The notes: generated by a model not told the origin, from the letters alone. A stretch of DNA of 64,000 nt from an uncultured Ignavibacteriales bacterium (GCA_964397415.1 CAYNIJ010000016.1:5048-69047); one strand, 5' to 3'. Shown: positions 37,437 through 47,558, numbered from the stretch's first letter. Program-made: numbers and translations.

Positions 37437-38012
37437 TCATCCCGCGCTGTCGAAGGCCTGTTTGATCCAACTGAATAGCTCGTCATTGACCTCTGACACA
37501 TCCGTAAGTTTGACTTTGTAATTGCACATACCTCCGGCCGGAAGTTCTTCAAGCCGTCCTCCCGCTTTCAACCCCTTCACGTTCAAGCCTACCTCGAACC
37601 GCGTATTGGTCGCTGGCCCGAGCATAGCGAACTGCTTTTTGCGTCGAAGGCTGACATATCCCTTCTTGGGGGCTATCTCGAACTCACCAAACGTAATGAT
37701 CCTCTTCATGAGCGCTTCATGGATCGGGCGCATGTGCGCCTTCGGACCGGAATAGATCGCATCCAGAACGTCGCCCCCGGCACTTGTTGTTTCCTGCGCG
37801 ACACTGGCGCCATCGCCCTTAAGGATCACATGCGTAAGCGTGTTGGCATCGCCATGTCCCAGACCAAGCTCCTTTTTCAGCATATCGCGGATCTCACCAT
37901 GCTTGGTCAGGCCGCTCTTGTTTACGATCTTTGCAAGGTCATCCAGCGATTTGCCGGTTTTGGTTTGGATGTTCTTGATCTGGGTCTCCAGCGCTTTCTG
38001 CGGATCAGCCAT
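37437..38012 (-). CDS. DUF4287/DUF5655-like protein
   Basis: Start chosen at MADPQKALETQIKNIQTKTGKSLDD, typical of DUF4287. The track ORF starts at a TTG at 38084. Confidence 0.6.
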   Translation of the reverse strand: MADPQKALETQIKNIQTKTGKSLDDLAKIVNKSGLTKHGEIRDMLKKELGLGHGDANTLTHVILKGDGASVAQETTSAGGDVLDAIYSGPKAHMRPIHEALMKRIITFGEFEIAPKKGYVSLRRKKQFAMLGPATNTRFEVGLNVKGLKAGGRLEELPAGGMCNYKVKLTDVSEVNDELFSWIKQAFDSAG

Positions 38013-38058
38013 AGATTTGTGTGCTCCATTGCTTAAAGAATATAGTCTTCTGCCGAGG

Positions 38059-38403
38059 TCATTTCCTCGTCTTCCAAAAATCAAACGAACGGCCCGGTAC
38101 GAAAATATCTATTCCTACTGACGGAATGGCCAGCGGGTTTGTTACGACATGGGATTCGTTCCCTGGAATGTAAACCGCGTCGCCGACCGAGAGAGTCTGC
38201 TCGTCATGGTCAGTGGTGATGGTCAACTTCCCGTCCAGTACAATAAGCACCTGGGCGTTGGGATGGTCATGTTTCGGCGACGCGTGCTTCGGCGGTTTGA
38301 CGAAGTGCTCGATGGAGATATCCGGCTGGGCACAGAGGGATATCCGCTTCCAGTCCTTCTCCGGTTCGTAGCGCTCCCCTTCGTGTAAACGAATGACTTT
38401 CAT
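38059..38403 (-). CDS. Cupin-domain protein
   Basis: 114 aa with the cupin metal motif HDHPN...V and a second motif GD..YIP....H. Confidence 0.8.
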   Translation of the reverse strand: MKVIRLHEGERYEPEKDWKRISLCAQPDISIEHFVKPPKHASPKHDHPNAQVLIVLDGKLTITTDHDEQTLSVGDAVYIPGNESHVVTNPLAIPSVGIDIFVPGRSFDFWKTRK

Positions 38404-38459
38404 CCTGCAATGCTCCGTTCTTGAATGCTCGTTGTCTCGGTCGATCGATGGTTCACGGT

Positions 38460-38478
38460 CTGTTCAATTATTGAACAG
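38460..38478. promoter_or_regulatory. Perfect 19-bp palindrome CTGTTCAAT-T-ATTGAACAG, candidate operator
   Basis: Read directly. It lies in the divergent intergenic region between the cupin gene (start 38403) and the porin-like/hybrid-kinase operon (start 38648). Confidence 0.4.
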
Positions 38479-38647
38479 CTAAGAAGAGTCCCGGGATAGC
38501 CGTGGTCCCGACTAAATCCATCATTAAATGCCCCATTTAGCCGATAATATATAGAAAAATAGGGGCGTATCAGGGAATGATTTCTCACCAACGGGTCCCT
38601 GATTGGTCGCGACGCATTCCTCGATCTTTGGCCAGGAGTATATTTGC

Positions 38648-39436
38648 ATGGGTTCCTCATTCTCCCACTCGACCAGACAGCTTGCGATCATGCTGTGCGT
38701 GATCAGCTGCACCGTATGGCCCGCGTTTGCTCAGGATGATACAGAGTTCGAAGCCGAGCCATCGCTTACGTATGGACTCGAGAGCGATCTCACATCCCGG
38801 TACATGTGGCGCGGCTTGGCTTGCAGCCCCGACGCGGTTTCGCAAAACTCCTTCTGGCTGGGTAGTCATGGCCTCACGGCCTCGCTTTGGAGCAACTACG
38901 ATTTCCAGGCGGTCGAAGGTTCACCTTCCTTGAACGAATTGGATTTCGGCCTGGCCTATGAGCTAACAGTGGGCAGAGTCTCTTTCGAACCTGCGATACA
39001 GGCCTACTACTACCCTGACCAGGCGGAACTCCCCTGGACCAGCGAAGTGTCGGTCACCATGTCAACTTCCGTCGGCTCATTCCAGCCGTTCATGACCCAC
39101 AGTGTGGATATCAAAGAATATTCCGGCGCATATTTCGGAGAGTTGGGGATTGAATACGGGCGATCGCTCTGGTCGGCCGGAGAGTTTCACGCTCTCGCCG
39201 AGGTCGGCTACGGTTCTTCGAAATTCAATGAGGCTTACCTCGGTCTCGCCGAAAGTGCGTTTCAGCTCTACCAATTTGAGGCCGACTTGACGGTGAGTCT
39301 TTCAGAGAAATGGTATATGCGACCCCATATCGGATACAGCTGGATCGCCAGCGACACATTTGCTGAGTTGGTCGAAGACCGGTCGCACGTCCAGTTCGGC
39401 ATAGCTATCGGCGGAGATTTTGCATGGGGCGACTGA
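38648..39436 (+). CDS. Outer-membrane beta-barrel protein, TorF-like putative porin
   Basis: Start chosen at MGSSFSHSTRQLAIMLCVISCTVWPAFA (signal peptide). Contains ...SDLTSRYMWRGL... and ...GLTASLWSNYDF..., as in TorF-family barrels. Confidence 0.5.
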   Translation: MGSSFSHSTRQLAIMLCVISCTVWPAFAQDDTEFEAEPSLTYGLESDLTSRYMWRGLACSPDAVSQNSFWLGSHGLTASLWSNYDFQAVEGSPSLNELDFGLAYELTVGRVSFEPAIQAYYYPDQAELPWTSEVSVTMSTSVGSFQPFMTHSVDIKEYSGAYFGELGIEYGRSLWSAGEFHALAEVGYGSSKFNEAYLGLAESAFQLYQFEADLTVSLSEKWYMRPHIGYSWIASDTFAELVEDRSHVQFGIAIGGDFAWGD

Positions 39437-42400
39437 CCACACAGGTTCGTCTGCTGCTGTTGACCGGCCTGATGGTCGGGCTGTTCGTCCTCGGCTTCGT
39501 GGTCTTGGTTCACTACGACCGCCAACAGGCTGAAACATTGTTGAACGAACGCCGGGCCGAGAGGCAGACTTTGCTGGCTCAGTTGGTCGACCTCTACTCC
39601 GGACCACTGCACACCCTAGCCTATGACTATTCTTATTGGGACGAAATGGTTGATTTCGTCAAGAAGCCCGACTCAGCCTGGGGATATGACAACCTTTTCA
39701 CCAGCCTGACCACGTACGACGCGGATGCTGTCTGGGTGTTCACCACAGACTGGCGGTTGGTCTACAGCACGAGTTCGGAAACCGCGACTTCACTCGTGGG
39801 CGAGTCAACCCTCCCCTGGATGATCCAGCAGAGTTTTGCATCCGACCCTTTCAGTCATTTCTATGTATTGCGGAACGAAGGTCTCATCGAGATCTACACC
39901 GCGCCTATTCAGCCGAGCAACGACAACGACCGCAAGACTCCTGCGCAGGGGGTACTCGCTGTAGCGAGAACCTGGGATGCGGAGTTCCTCGGCCAATTCA
40001 GATCCGCTCTGGGTGGCACGGTTCAGTTCTCTGCCCCGCATATCGAGCCACAGGTGATCGCGGGGATGCTGGAGGATGAACCTGGAGTGACCTGCGTTGA
40101 GTTCCCCCTCCGGGGCTGGAACGGCGACGAGATCGGCGTGCTGCACGCGGCCTCGGCCAGTTCATTTTTCGAATCATTCATGAGCACGCAGAGAGCTCGT
40201 ATCACGTATGTTGCCATCTATTCGGCGATAATCATTGTACTTCTGGCCATTGCGCTTCGACGCTGGGTTGGAAGGCCGCTGAATGCCATCATGCAAGGTC
40301 TGGAACAGGGCTCCGGCGTGGCACTGGACAGCCTTCAGCGTTCTGGCGCGGAGTTTCACCAGATAGGCGGCATTGTCACAAACTTCTTCAAGCAACGTGA
40401 TCAACTCTGGGCGGAGATCAACGAACGCAAGAAAGCAGAAGAAGCGCTCCGGATCAGCGAACATAATCTGGAAGCCGATCTTGAGGCTATGACACGTCTG
40501 CAGAATATCGGGACGCGCTTTCTGGGCAACGAAGAGCAGCAAGTTCTGCTGGATGAAATAGTCGACACTGCTCTCGGTTTCACCAATGCTGATTTCGGGT
40601 GTTTGCAGTTGACCAGAGAGGGCACAGAGGAAACAGTGGTTGTCTCCCATCGCGGCGCCTCGGATCAGGAGTTCGTCTTGCCGCAGGGACCTCACGCGGC
40701 CCGTTGTCGCCTTAGTGCCGCGATGCTGAATGGCCAGCGAGTAGTAATTGAAGAGATCGACGGCCATCCGGAACTGGCGTCGTCGCCGGTACTGACGATG
40801 CTTCAGTCGCACGGCATCCGCGCGCTCTGTGCCACACCGTTGATAAGTCGCAGTGGGCGAATGATCGGCCTGTTAAATGTCTATTTCCTGCAACCGCAGC
40901 AACTGAGTGAACGCGCGTTAAGACTGCTCGACCTGCTCTGTCGCCAAACCACGGATATTATCGAGCAGGAACGCGCTGAGATGGAGATGCTGGATCGAGA
41001 GGGCCTGCTCAAGGCGACGCTGGAATCGACCGCGGATGGTATCCTGGTGGTCGACAAACATGGTCGAGTGACCCATCTGAACGCCCGCTTCCCGGTGATG
41101 TGGCAGATCCCGCCCGATGTGCTGGCGTCGCGCGATGACGATCTAATGCTTAAAACCGTGCTCGACCAGCTGGCCGACCCTGATGCGTTCCTCGCCAAAG
41201 TGATGGCTCTTTATGGATCGTCCGACGAATCATTCGATACTCTGCAATTCAAGGATGGTCGTGTCTTCGAGCGATTCTCCTGTCCGTTGGTACGAGACGG
41301 GACGGTTACAGGTCGCGTCTGGAGCTTCCGCGATGTCACGGAACGCCACAAGAGTGAGGCGGCTCGCCTTCAACTGCAGGAGAGCCTGGAAAAAGCACAG
41401 CGCATGGAATCACTCGGCCTATTGGCCGGTGGTGTCGCCCATGACCTGAATAACACACTTGGACCGGTGGTCGGATTTGCCGAGCTCCTCATGCGTGAAT
41501 TCCCGCCTGATTCCAAAGTGGGTATCCGACTCGGCAAGATATCGCGGTCGGCCAATGACGCGGCGGTGGTTATTCAGGATCTGCTCACCCTGGCCCGTCG
41601 TGGACGCTACGAAATGCAGCCGACCGATATCAATCGCCTGATACAGGAGTACCTCAATTCGCCCGGATTTTCCAACCTGAAAGAAATTCACCCTCACGTT
41701 GCCTTCCACGTTAATCTGGCTCCGACCATTGGCGCGGTCATAGGATCCGATGTTCACCTCGCCAAGGCGATCATGAATTTGATCACCAATGGGTGCGAAG
41801 CTATGCCGAACGGCGGCAAGCTGACCATCCGCACAGAGATGCGACGAGTCGAACGTTTAGTGACCGGCCACTGCGAGATAACACCGGGTGAGTATGTGAT
41901 CGTCAGCGTCAAGGATACCGGCAGTGGCATCGCGCCGGAGGATATTGAGAAGATCTTTGAGCCGTACTTCTCCAAGAAGCATCTAGGTCGGAGTGGCTCC
42001 GGACTTGGCCTTTCAGTCGTCTATGGAGTGGTGAAGGACCATCACGGCTATTACGATGTTCTCTCGCGGCTGAACGAAGGGACCGAGTTCGCGCTCTATT
42101 TCCCGGTGCATGCCGCGGAACTCCCCAAAGCGCCCGCCAAACACCAAACCATGCGGCGGGGGACAGAAACAATTCTGGTGATCGACGATAATGCGGTTCA
42201 GCGGGAGATGGCCGGCGATATACTGGGTAGTCTGGGATACACGGTCCATGTCGCCGAAAACGGTCACCTTGGAATCGAGTTCCTCGCAGAACAATCCGTT
42301 GACCTTGTGTTGATAGACATGATCATGGAACCGGACTTTGACGGACTGGATACTTTCCGCGCTATCCGCGCGGCAAATCCGGACCAGAAAGCGATCATTG

Positions 42401-42552
42401 TCAGCGGGTTCTCAGCGACCGATCGCGTGCAGGAGACGATCGATCTCGGCGCGGCGGGATACCTAAAAAAGCCGTACCATATCAACGATCTGGCCACGAT
42501 CTGTCGTAAGGTACTCGACGGTGAACAGATGATTGTGCCCGCTCGAGTCTAA
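39424..42552 (+). CDS. Hybrid sensor histidine kinase/response regulator (CHASE4-like sensor, GAF, PAS, HisKA, HATPase, REC)
   Basis: 1042 aa. One TM, then YDYSYWDEMVDFV (CHASE4-like), then a second TM. H-box GGVAHDLNNTL. ATPase N/G boxes NLITNGCEAMP, DTGSGI and GSGLGLS. REC domain with ILVIDDN...DLVLIDMIMEP...K. Confidence 0.9.
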   Translation: MGRLTTQVRLLLLTGLMVGLFVLGFVVLVHYDRQQAETLLNERRAERQTLLAQLVDLYSGPLHTLAYDYSYWDEMVDFVKKPDSAWGYDNLFTSLTTYDADAVWVFTTDWRLVYSTSSETATSLVGESTLPWMIQQSFASDPFSHFYVLRNEGLIEIYTAPIQPSNDNDRKTPAQGVLAVARTWDAEFLGQFRSALGGTVQFSAPHIEPQVIAGMLEDEPGVTCVEFPLRGWNGDEIGVLHAASASSFFESFMSTQRARITYVAIYSAIIIVLLAIALRRWVGRPLNAIMQGLEQGSGVALDSLQRSGAEFHQIGGIVTNFFKQRDQLWAEINERKKAEEALRISEHNLEADLEAMTRLQNIGTRFLGNEEQQVLLDEIVDTALGFTNADFGCLQLTREGTEETVVVSHRGASDQEFVLPQGPHAARCRLSAAMLNGQRVVIEEIDGHPELASSPVLTMLQSHGIRALCATPLISRSGRMIGLLNVYFLQPQQLSERALRLLDLLCRQTTDIIEQERAEMEMLDREGLLKATLESTADGILVVDKHGRVTHLNARFPVMWQIPPDVLASRDDDLMLKTVLDQLADPDAFLAKVMALYGSSDESFDTLQFKDGRVFERFSCPLVRDGTVTGRVWSFRDVTERHKSEAARLQLQESLEKAQRMESLGLLAGGVAHDLNNTLGPVVGFAELLMREFPPDSKVGIRLGKISRSANDAAVVIQDLLTLARRGRYEMQPTDINRLIQEYLNSPGFSNLKEIHPHVAFHVNLAPTIGAVIGSDVHLAKAIMNLITNGCEAMPNGGKLTIRTEMRRVERLVTGHCEITPGEYVIVSVKDTGSGIAPEDIEKIFEPYFSKKHLGRSGSGLGLSVVYGVVKDHHGYYDVLSRLNEGTEFALYFPVHAAELPKAPAKHQTMRRGTETILVIDDNAVQREMAGDILGSLGYTVHVAENGHLGIEFLAEQSVDLVLIDMIMEPDFDGLDTFRAIRAANPDQKAIIVSGFSATDRVQETIDLGAAGYLKKPYHINDLATICRKVLDGEQMIVPARV

Positions 42553-42577
42553 GGCGGCAACTCGGAGAAGTGATAAG

Positions 42578-44827
42578 CTACTCGCCGAGCCCGATCTTCT
42601 TGAGAAAGGTCGGCCAGCGAGGATCCGAGTGCAGTGAGCGGAAGAAAGGGGCGACCTTCGTTAGCGGGATACCTGCATCATGAATTTCAAAGGCGCGCTC
42701 GAGCCATTCAAACGCTCTGTCAGTTTCCCCCCTGAACGCGTAGACAGTCGCGATCTGGTGTCCCCATTGTTCACCCTGGGCGATCAGGTCAGATAGTACC
42801 GCATCTGATTCCGCCTGTCGGCCAAGGCCGAACAGGGCCATTGCCTTTCCACAGAAACGGTAGCCCGGTGTGGACTCTTTCTCTATGACCGCAAGAGCTT
42901 CCTCGAATTTTCCCTGCGCCAGCGCGATAAAGCAGAGTCCCAGATAGGCGGTTGTCATATTGGGGCTCATTTCCAGAACGCGATTCATCGCCTCCCGTGC
43001 CTCGTCGTACCGTCCCGACATGGACAGCGAGCGGCTCAACTCCCGACGCGCCCATGGGTCAAGCGGATCCAGCTCGACCGCCTTTCTTAAGAATCGCAGA
43101 GATTCATCAAAATTGCCCAGGATCATCTCCCAGAGACCAATCGACTGAACGATCTGCGCGTGATTGGGGGCAAGCTCATATGCTTTTCTAAAGCGACTCC
43201 CCGCTTCAACCAACTTCAATTCCAGCGCGCCGAGCACAAATCCGAGAGCGGCATGCCCCTCCGGTAAATCCTGATCCAACTCGATCGCTTTTTCCGCAGC
43301 GTACCTGGCACGAGGATAGAGAGCCGAATGGTCACCGTGGCCATAGGCGACGGTATTGCCCAAGGCATCCGCAAGTCCGGCCCATGCCTGTGCATTAGCG
43401 GGGTCGATCGAGACCGCCTTTTCAAACATTTCGATAGCCAGAGACAAGCTCTCTTTGGTCATTTGTTGGACCGATTGATGGCCACGCAACACCAACGCGT
43501 AGCTCTCCGGATTGACCACCTTGCGCTCTTCCGGAATCCCCACGAGTGTCACATGCAGCGACTTGGACACAGCCTTGGCGATATCATCCTGGACGGCAAA
43601 AATATCATCGAGGACTCGATCAAAAGTCTCCGACCAGAGATGGAATCCATCCACCACGGAGACCAATTGCGCGGTGATACGCACTCGGTTGCCGGCCTTG
43701 CGCACGGAGCCTTCGAGAATTGTCTCTACGCCCAACTTCTGTCCGATATTTCGAAGATCCTCCTGTTTGCCTTTGAAAGCAAATGACGAAGTCCGCCCCG
43801 TCACCTTTAGTTCCGGATTCTTGGCGAGGACATTGAGCAATTCCTCGGTCAGGCCGTCCGAGAAGAACTCATTCTCCGGGTCGGCGCTCATGTTGGCAAA
43901 CGGAAGGACGGCGATAGAGGGGCGCGTAATGGCTACCCGGCTCGAGGTCCTCACTTCACCGGAGTCGCCGGTTCGAATGAGGGTCCGCAGATCAGACGCA
44001 AGTTCGGCGGCCGACTGATATCGTTCCGCTGGATTCTTGGACAGACACTTGTTGACGATTCTCTGCAGGTCCGGCGAAATGTCGGCCTTATAGCGACTCA
44101 GTGGTTCCGGCGATTCGTTGATGATGGCGTGCAATGACGCACCATCGCTGTTTCGTTTGAAGGGAGTCCGGCCGGCGAGCAGTTCATAGAGAACCACACC
44201 CAGCGAAAAGATATCGGCTCTGTGGTCAGCTTCGCGCCCCTGCACCTGCTCAGGCGACATATAGGCCACAGTCCCAAGAGTTGAACCGGCCTTGGTCAGT
44301 ATATCCCCACCCTGGATCGTCGCCAATCCGAAATCCAGGATCTTCGGGCGGAAATCCGAATCGACCACGATATTCGAAGATTTGATATCGCGATGTACCA
44401 CACCCAACGAGTGTGCCTTGGCTAACCCATCGGCGACCTGCGCGACCAGCGGAATGATCTTTGAGATAGGGAGTTGCTCGTCGTGGCAGTACCAGTGCAG
44501 GGATTTTCCCTGTATGTACTGCATGGCAAAGAAGGGATTACCGCCGAACTCACTCACTTCATGGATCGTCACGATATTGGGGTGGTCCAGTTTTGCGGCC
44601 GCCTGTGCTTCGCGGGTGAACCGAATACGCAGTTCGGCATCCTGCGCCTGATGAATCGGCAGGAATTTGAGCGCGACCCTTCGGTTAAGTCGGGTATCTT
44701 CGGCCAGGTAGACCTCGCCCATCCCACCGGCACCGATCTTCTCGATGATCCGGTAGTGCTGGATGGTGGTACCGGCAGCGATCGCGATATGCGTACGGGT
44801 TACGTCGTCGGAATGTTCGGCACTCAT
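42578..44827 (-). CDS. Ser/Thr protein kinase with TolB-N-like middle domain and C-terminal TPR repeats
   Basis: 749 aa with GAGGMGEVYLA, VALK, HRDIKSSN, DFG and SPE. The middle domain reads IAVLPFANMSADPENEFFSDGLTEEL. The tail is TPR-like and helical. Confidence 0.9.
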   Translation of the reverse strand: MSAEHSDDVTRTHIAIAAGTTIQHYRIIEKIGAGGMGEVYLAEDTRLNRRVALKFLPIHQAQDAELRIRFTREAQAAAKLDHPNIVTIHEVSEFGGNPFFAMQYIQGKSLHWYCHDEQLPISKIIPLVAQVADGLAKAHSLGVVHRDIKSSNIVVDSDFRPKILDFGLATIQGGDILTKAGSTLGTVAYMSPEQVQGREADHRADIFSLGVVLYELLAGRTPFKRNSDGASLHAIINESPEPLSRYKADISPDLQRIVNKCLSKNPAERYQSAAELASDLRTLIRTGDSGEVRTSSRVAITRPSIAVLPFANMSADPENEFFSDGLTEELLNVLAKNPELKVTGRTSSFAFKGKQEDLRNIGQKLGVETILEGSVRKAGNRVRITAQLVSVVDGFHLWSETFDRVLDDIFAVQDDIAKAVSKSLHVTLVGIPEERKVVNPESYALVLRGHQSVQQMTKESLSLAIEMFEKAVSIDPANAQAWAGLADALGNTVAYGHGDHSALYPRARYAAEKAIELDQDLPEGHAALGFVLGALELKLVEAGSRFRKAYELAPNHAQIVQSIGLWEMILGNFDESLRFLRKAVELDPLDPWARRELSRSLSMSGRYDEAREAMNRVLEMSPNMTTAYLGLCFIALAQGKFEEALAVIEKESTPGYRFCGKAMALFGLGRQAESDAVLSDLIAQGEQWGHQIATVYAFRGETDRAFEWLERAFEIHDAGIPLTKVAPFFRSLHSDPRWPTFLKKIGLGE

Positions 44828-44975
44828 GCTGGCGATTCCATCGCGCGGATTAAAGGTGGACTATTCTTGGCCATATCTTCAAGATACGCTTAGGTGCCGA
44901 AAAATCCAACGGTTCTTCTAATGCTTACGCTAGACGGCCCGTCCGGCATACCGGAAGTCTGGAAGCAGGAATAGG

Positions 44976-46385
44976 TCAGGTGTGGTGAGTCTCTGTAAGC
45001 TCGCGGGCGGTCAGGGATCGAGCCCTCGCGTCTCGACACGCTTTGAGGATATCGTGATACAGCCCCATGGTCACTCTATGTTCCGGATTGAAAAACTGGC
45101 CGGGATGAAAGAGTACGGTCAATGCGCCGCCGATCCGACTCAGATGTCTGAGTTGGTGTTCGACGAATGGTATCGCCTGTGATCCATGTTGTGTGGCGAG
45201 CGCAAGATCCATTACCACCAACGGAACTTCACACATATCTATTGCCGCCCTGCGAACCGGATCATATGGCTGAAAACAGCCGGCCAGACCATTCCGGTAG
45301 CCGACAAAGTCCGCCCAACCGGAGGACTCATCTATTGTGATCCCAAATTGCCGGACAAACTCAAATGAACGGAATGGATCAAATCGAAGGTAATGCGCTC
45401 GCCCGGAGATGATCTTATTTGGGCAGAGCGCCTGAAGCTCTGCGAGCTGAGCCGCAAACCGATCGTCATGAAGGAACGTGTCGTAATTGTAGTGGATACC
45501 GCTCTCCCAGCCGGGCGACAACTGCTCCACCAAACGCGCGATCTCAGAGAGCGGACTCCGTGCGCCGAAACGCCCCCCTGTCCCATTGAGCCAGTAAAAA
45601 GTTGAGCTGTATCCGAAGCATCGCTCCAGTTCCATCATCCCGGAAACGTTTGACGCGTAGTATCGGCGTGGGGTCACCGCGTTGCGGGCCATCCACCAGA
45701 GATTTCCGACACGCGGCAGGCGAGCCCGTGTCATCGGCTGAGCCACACGGACCAGACGGACCGCCTGGGTGATGAGGTCGTTTCCTTTCAGAATATCACA
45801 GTCATGTGAGAGCACAACAACTGGCGGTCCGGAGAGAAAGTCGCCATGGTTTGAAGGCTGCCCGGTTCTCCGGAGCGAAATCAAAGTAGCTGCCAGCATC
45901 GCCGCCGATTCATTGAACGCGGGCACTGTCAGTAGTCCCGCGTTCAACCGGGGGCTGAAGCGATAAGAAAATCTTCCATGCTGGTCTCTCTGCGGGGTGC
46001 GTGATTCTTCTCCAAATGTCAGCAGATCAAAGAGGTTGCCAAAGAGATTCCAGGCCGGGATCAGAGCTCCACTCGCGTGCTGGTACCATACTGGCTGCGA
46101 TTCATGCGGTATCGTCCGCCAATGCGGGTCGTCCGGTTTGGGGATGCGATTCCAGAGTGTCAGCTCCGTGCCGTTGAAGTCGACCTTCCAGGGATCAGAT
46201 GGCGCCGGAGGAATTGGGATATCGACTGGAATGGCTATTAGTTTGCAGCGTGCATTTGTGGCGTCGGTATAAGGAAGGAATTGAATGCTGTCGGATTCAA
46301 AGGCGAGAGAAACTTCTTTCGCAAAAAAGCGCCGTGAATGCCGCAGCAATTGCCCGCGGAGATACTCGGACTCAGGGTGATCCAT
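44976..46385 (-). CDS. Hypothetical protein, possibly divergent polysaccharide-deacetylase-like
   Basis: Start chosen at MDHPESEYL, whose ATG shares 1 nt with the upstream stop. The motif VVVLSHDCD resembles the Asp-Asp motif of CE4-type deacetylases. The function call is weak. Confidence 0.5.
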   Translation of the reverse strand: MDHPESEYLRGQLLRHSRRFFAKEVSLAFESDSIQFLPYTDATNARCKLIAIPVDIPIPPAPSDPWKVDFNGTELTLWNRIPKPDDPHWRTIPHESQPVWYQHASGALIPAWNLFGNLFDLLTFGEESRTPQRDQHGRFSYRFSPRLNAGLLTVPAFNESAAMLAATLISLRRTGQPSNHGDFLSGPPVVVLSHDCDILKGNDLITQAVRLVRVAQPMTRARLPRVGNLWWMARNAVTPRRYYASNVSGMMELERCFGYSSTFYWLNGTGGRFGARSPLSEIARLVEQLSPGWESGIHYNYDTFLHDDRFAAQLAELQALCPNKIISGRAHYLRFDPFRSFEFVRQFGITIDESSGWADFVGYRNGLAGCFQPYDPVRRAAIDMCEVPLVVMDLALATQHGSQAIPFVEHQLRHLSRIGGALTVLFHPGQFFNPEHRVTMGLYHDILKACRDARARSLTARELTETHHT

Positions 46386-47542
46386 CAGCTCAGCACTCCC
46401 TCGGTGAAGATGCGGCTGACATACCAATCATCAAAGTTCCTGAGGTCTGCCCGTGCTTCTCCCGCCTTACACATGCGGAGGACAACGTAATGCCCACGCT
46501 TCACATGGTAGAAGCCGACCTTTCGGGATTCACGAAGCAGGAGCCTGTCGAAAGGGTGAGAATTCACATGCCATCCGCGAATGCCGCTCGCGCCCATATC
46601 GCGTGTCCCGCATATCGCCTCGATCAATAAGAGCCGCACAAGTCTTGCCGGATCATGTTTTGCGGATTCACATGCAAGCATGATGTCAACGAGGTAACCG
46701 AGACCGTCATCGCCGAGTGTATACGCAACCCAGCCGAGCAGGGTCGTACCGTCATAGATCCCTTTGACCACTGATCTCACATGCGGATTGTCATATAGTC
46801 GCCACTTAAGATAAGCGGAATCGCGATAGATGGTCGTCCCACCCCACTGCGCGACAAATCGTCGACAGCAATCTCCCGCCTGTAGATCCGGTTGCTCCAT
46901 CACTCGGATGGATATTCCCTCAGGGAAGGATTTTGAGGTCAGCAGCAGTCTTCCCGCGCTGACCGCGCCGGCCGTCGCCGCGCCTCCGCGAAGAATCAAT
47001 TTCTTGAGGTAACCTTTCAAACTTGAATAGGAAGTCCCCTTCGCTTTCTCCAGCATCGGCCCGATCGAGCGTGATGAGAACGGCAAAAAGATCTGTTCAG
47101 TCACGGTCGGAACATCAAATCCAAGTTTGGTGAACGCCTTGATGGCCGGGGTGAATCCCCATATGGAGGCTAACTGATGTTTCTCGGCATACGTGAACAG
47201 CAGATCGTACATCTTCTCGAAAAGCTGCTGTCCCCGGTAGGCGGGGTCAACGAGGGTAGCTTCGGACTTAGCGGTCCAGAATACGCCGTCGCGGTCGATC
47301 ATCTGGATCGGGATGAAGGCCTGCGTACCAACGACGTTCTGGCCATCCCTGACGAAGGCGAAAGGATACACGGACTGGTCGTAGGTATTCTCGACGAACT
47401 CCCAGCGGAATTGCGCGAGAGTGCGATTTTCCTGATAGATGCGATTATGAAGGTCGTTGCATCCCTCGATATCGGCAGGACGCATCAGGCCGAATTCCAC
47501 GGAAATCTCCCTGAAAGAGTGTGGGCCATCTGTCGATGACAA
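46385..47542 (-). CDS. Two-domain GNAT-type N-acetyltransferase
   Basis: 385 aa with the acetyl-CoA-loop-like motif VDPAYRGQQLFEKMY and a second GNAT-like half. Confidence 0.6.
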   Translation of the reverse strand: MSSTDGPHSFREISVEFGLMRPADIEGCNDLHNRIYQENRTLAQFRWEFVENTYDQSVYPFAFVRDGQNVVGTQAFIPIQMIDRDGVFWTAKSEATLVDPAYRGQQLFEKMYDLLFTYAEKHQLASIWGFTPAIKAFTKLGFDVPTVTEQIFLPFSSRSIGPMLEKAKGTSYSSLKGYLKKLILRGGAATAGAVSAGRLLLTSKSFPEGISIRVMEQPDLQAGDCCRRFVAQWGGTTIYRDSAYLKWRLYDNPHVRSVVKGIYDGTTLLGWVAYTLGDDGLGYLVDIMLACESAKHDPARLVRLLLIEAICGTRDMGASGIRGWHVNSHPFDRLLLRESRKVGFYHVKRGHYVVLRMCKAGEARADLRNFDDWYVSRIFTEGVLS

Positions 47543-47558
47543 AGGTAGGACGCGGGAA

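Noticed and set aside
38460-38478. Interpreting the 19-bp palindrome as a LexA/SOS box
   Set aside because: It has CTGT...ACAG ends, but the spacing (N11) differs from the E. coli-type CTGT-N8-ACAG. The GTTC-N7-GAAC core is in the opposite arrangement to the Gram-positive GAAC-N4-GTTC box. No SOS-type genes flank it. I keep it only as a generic operator candidate.
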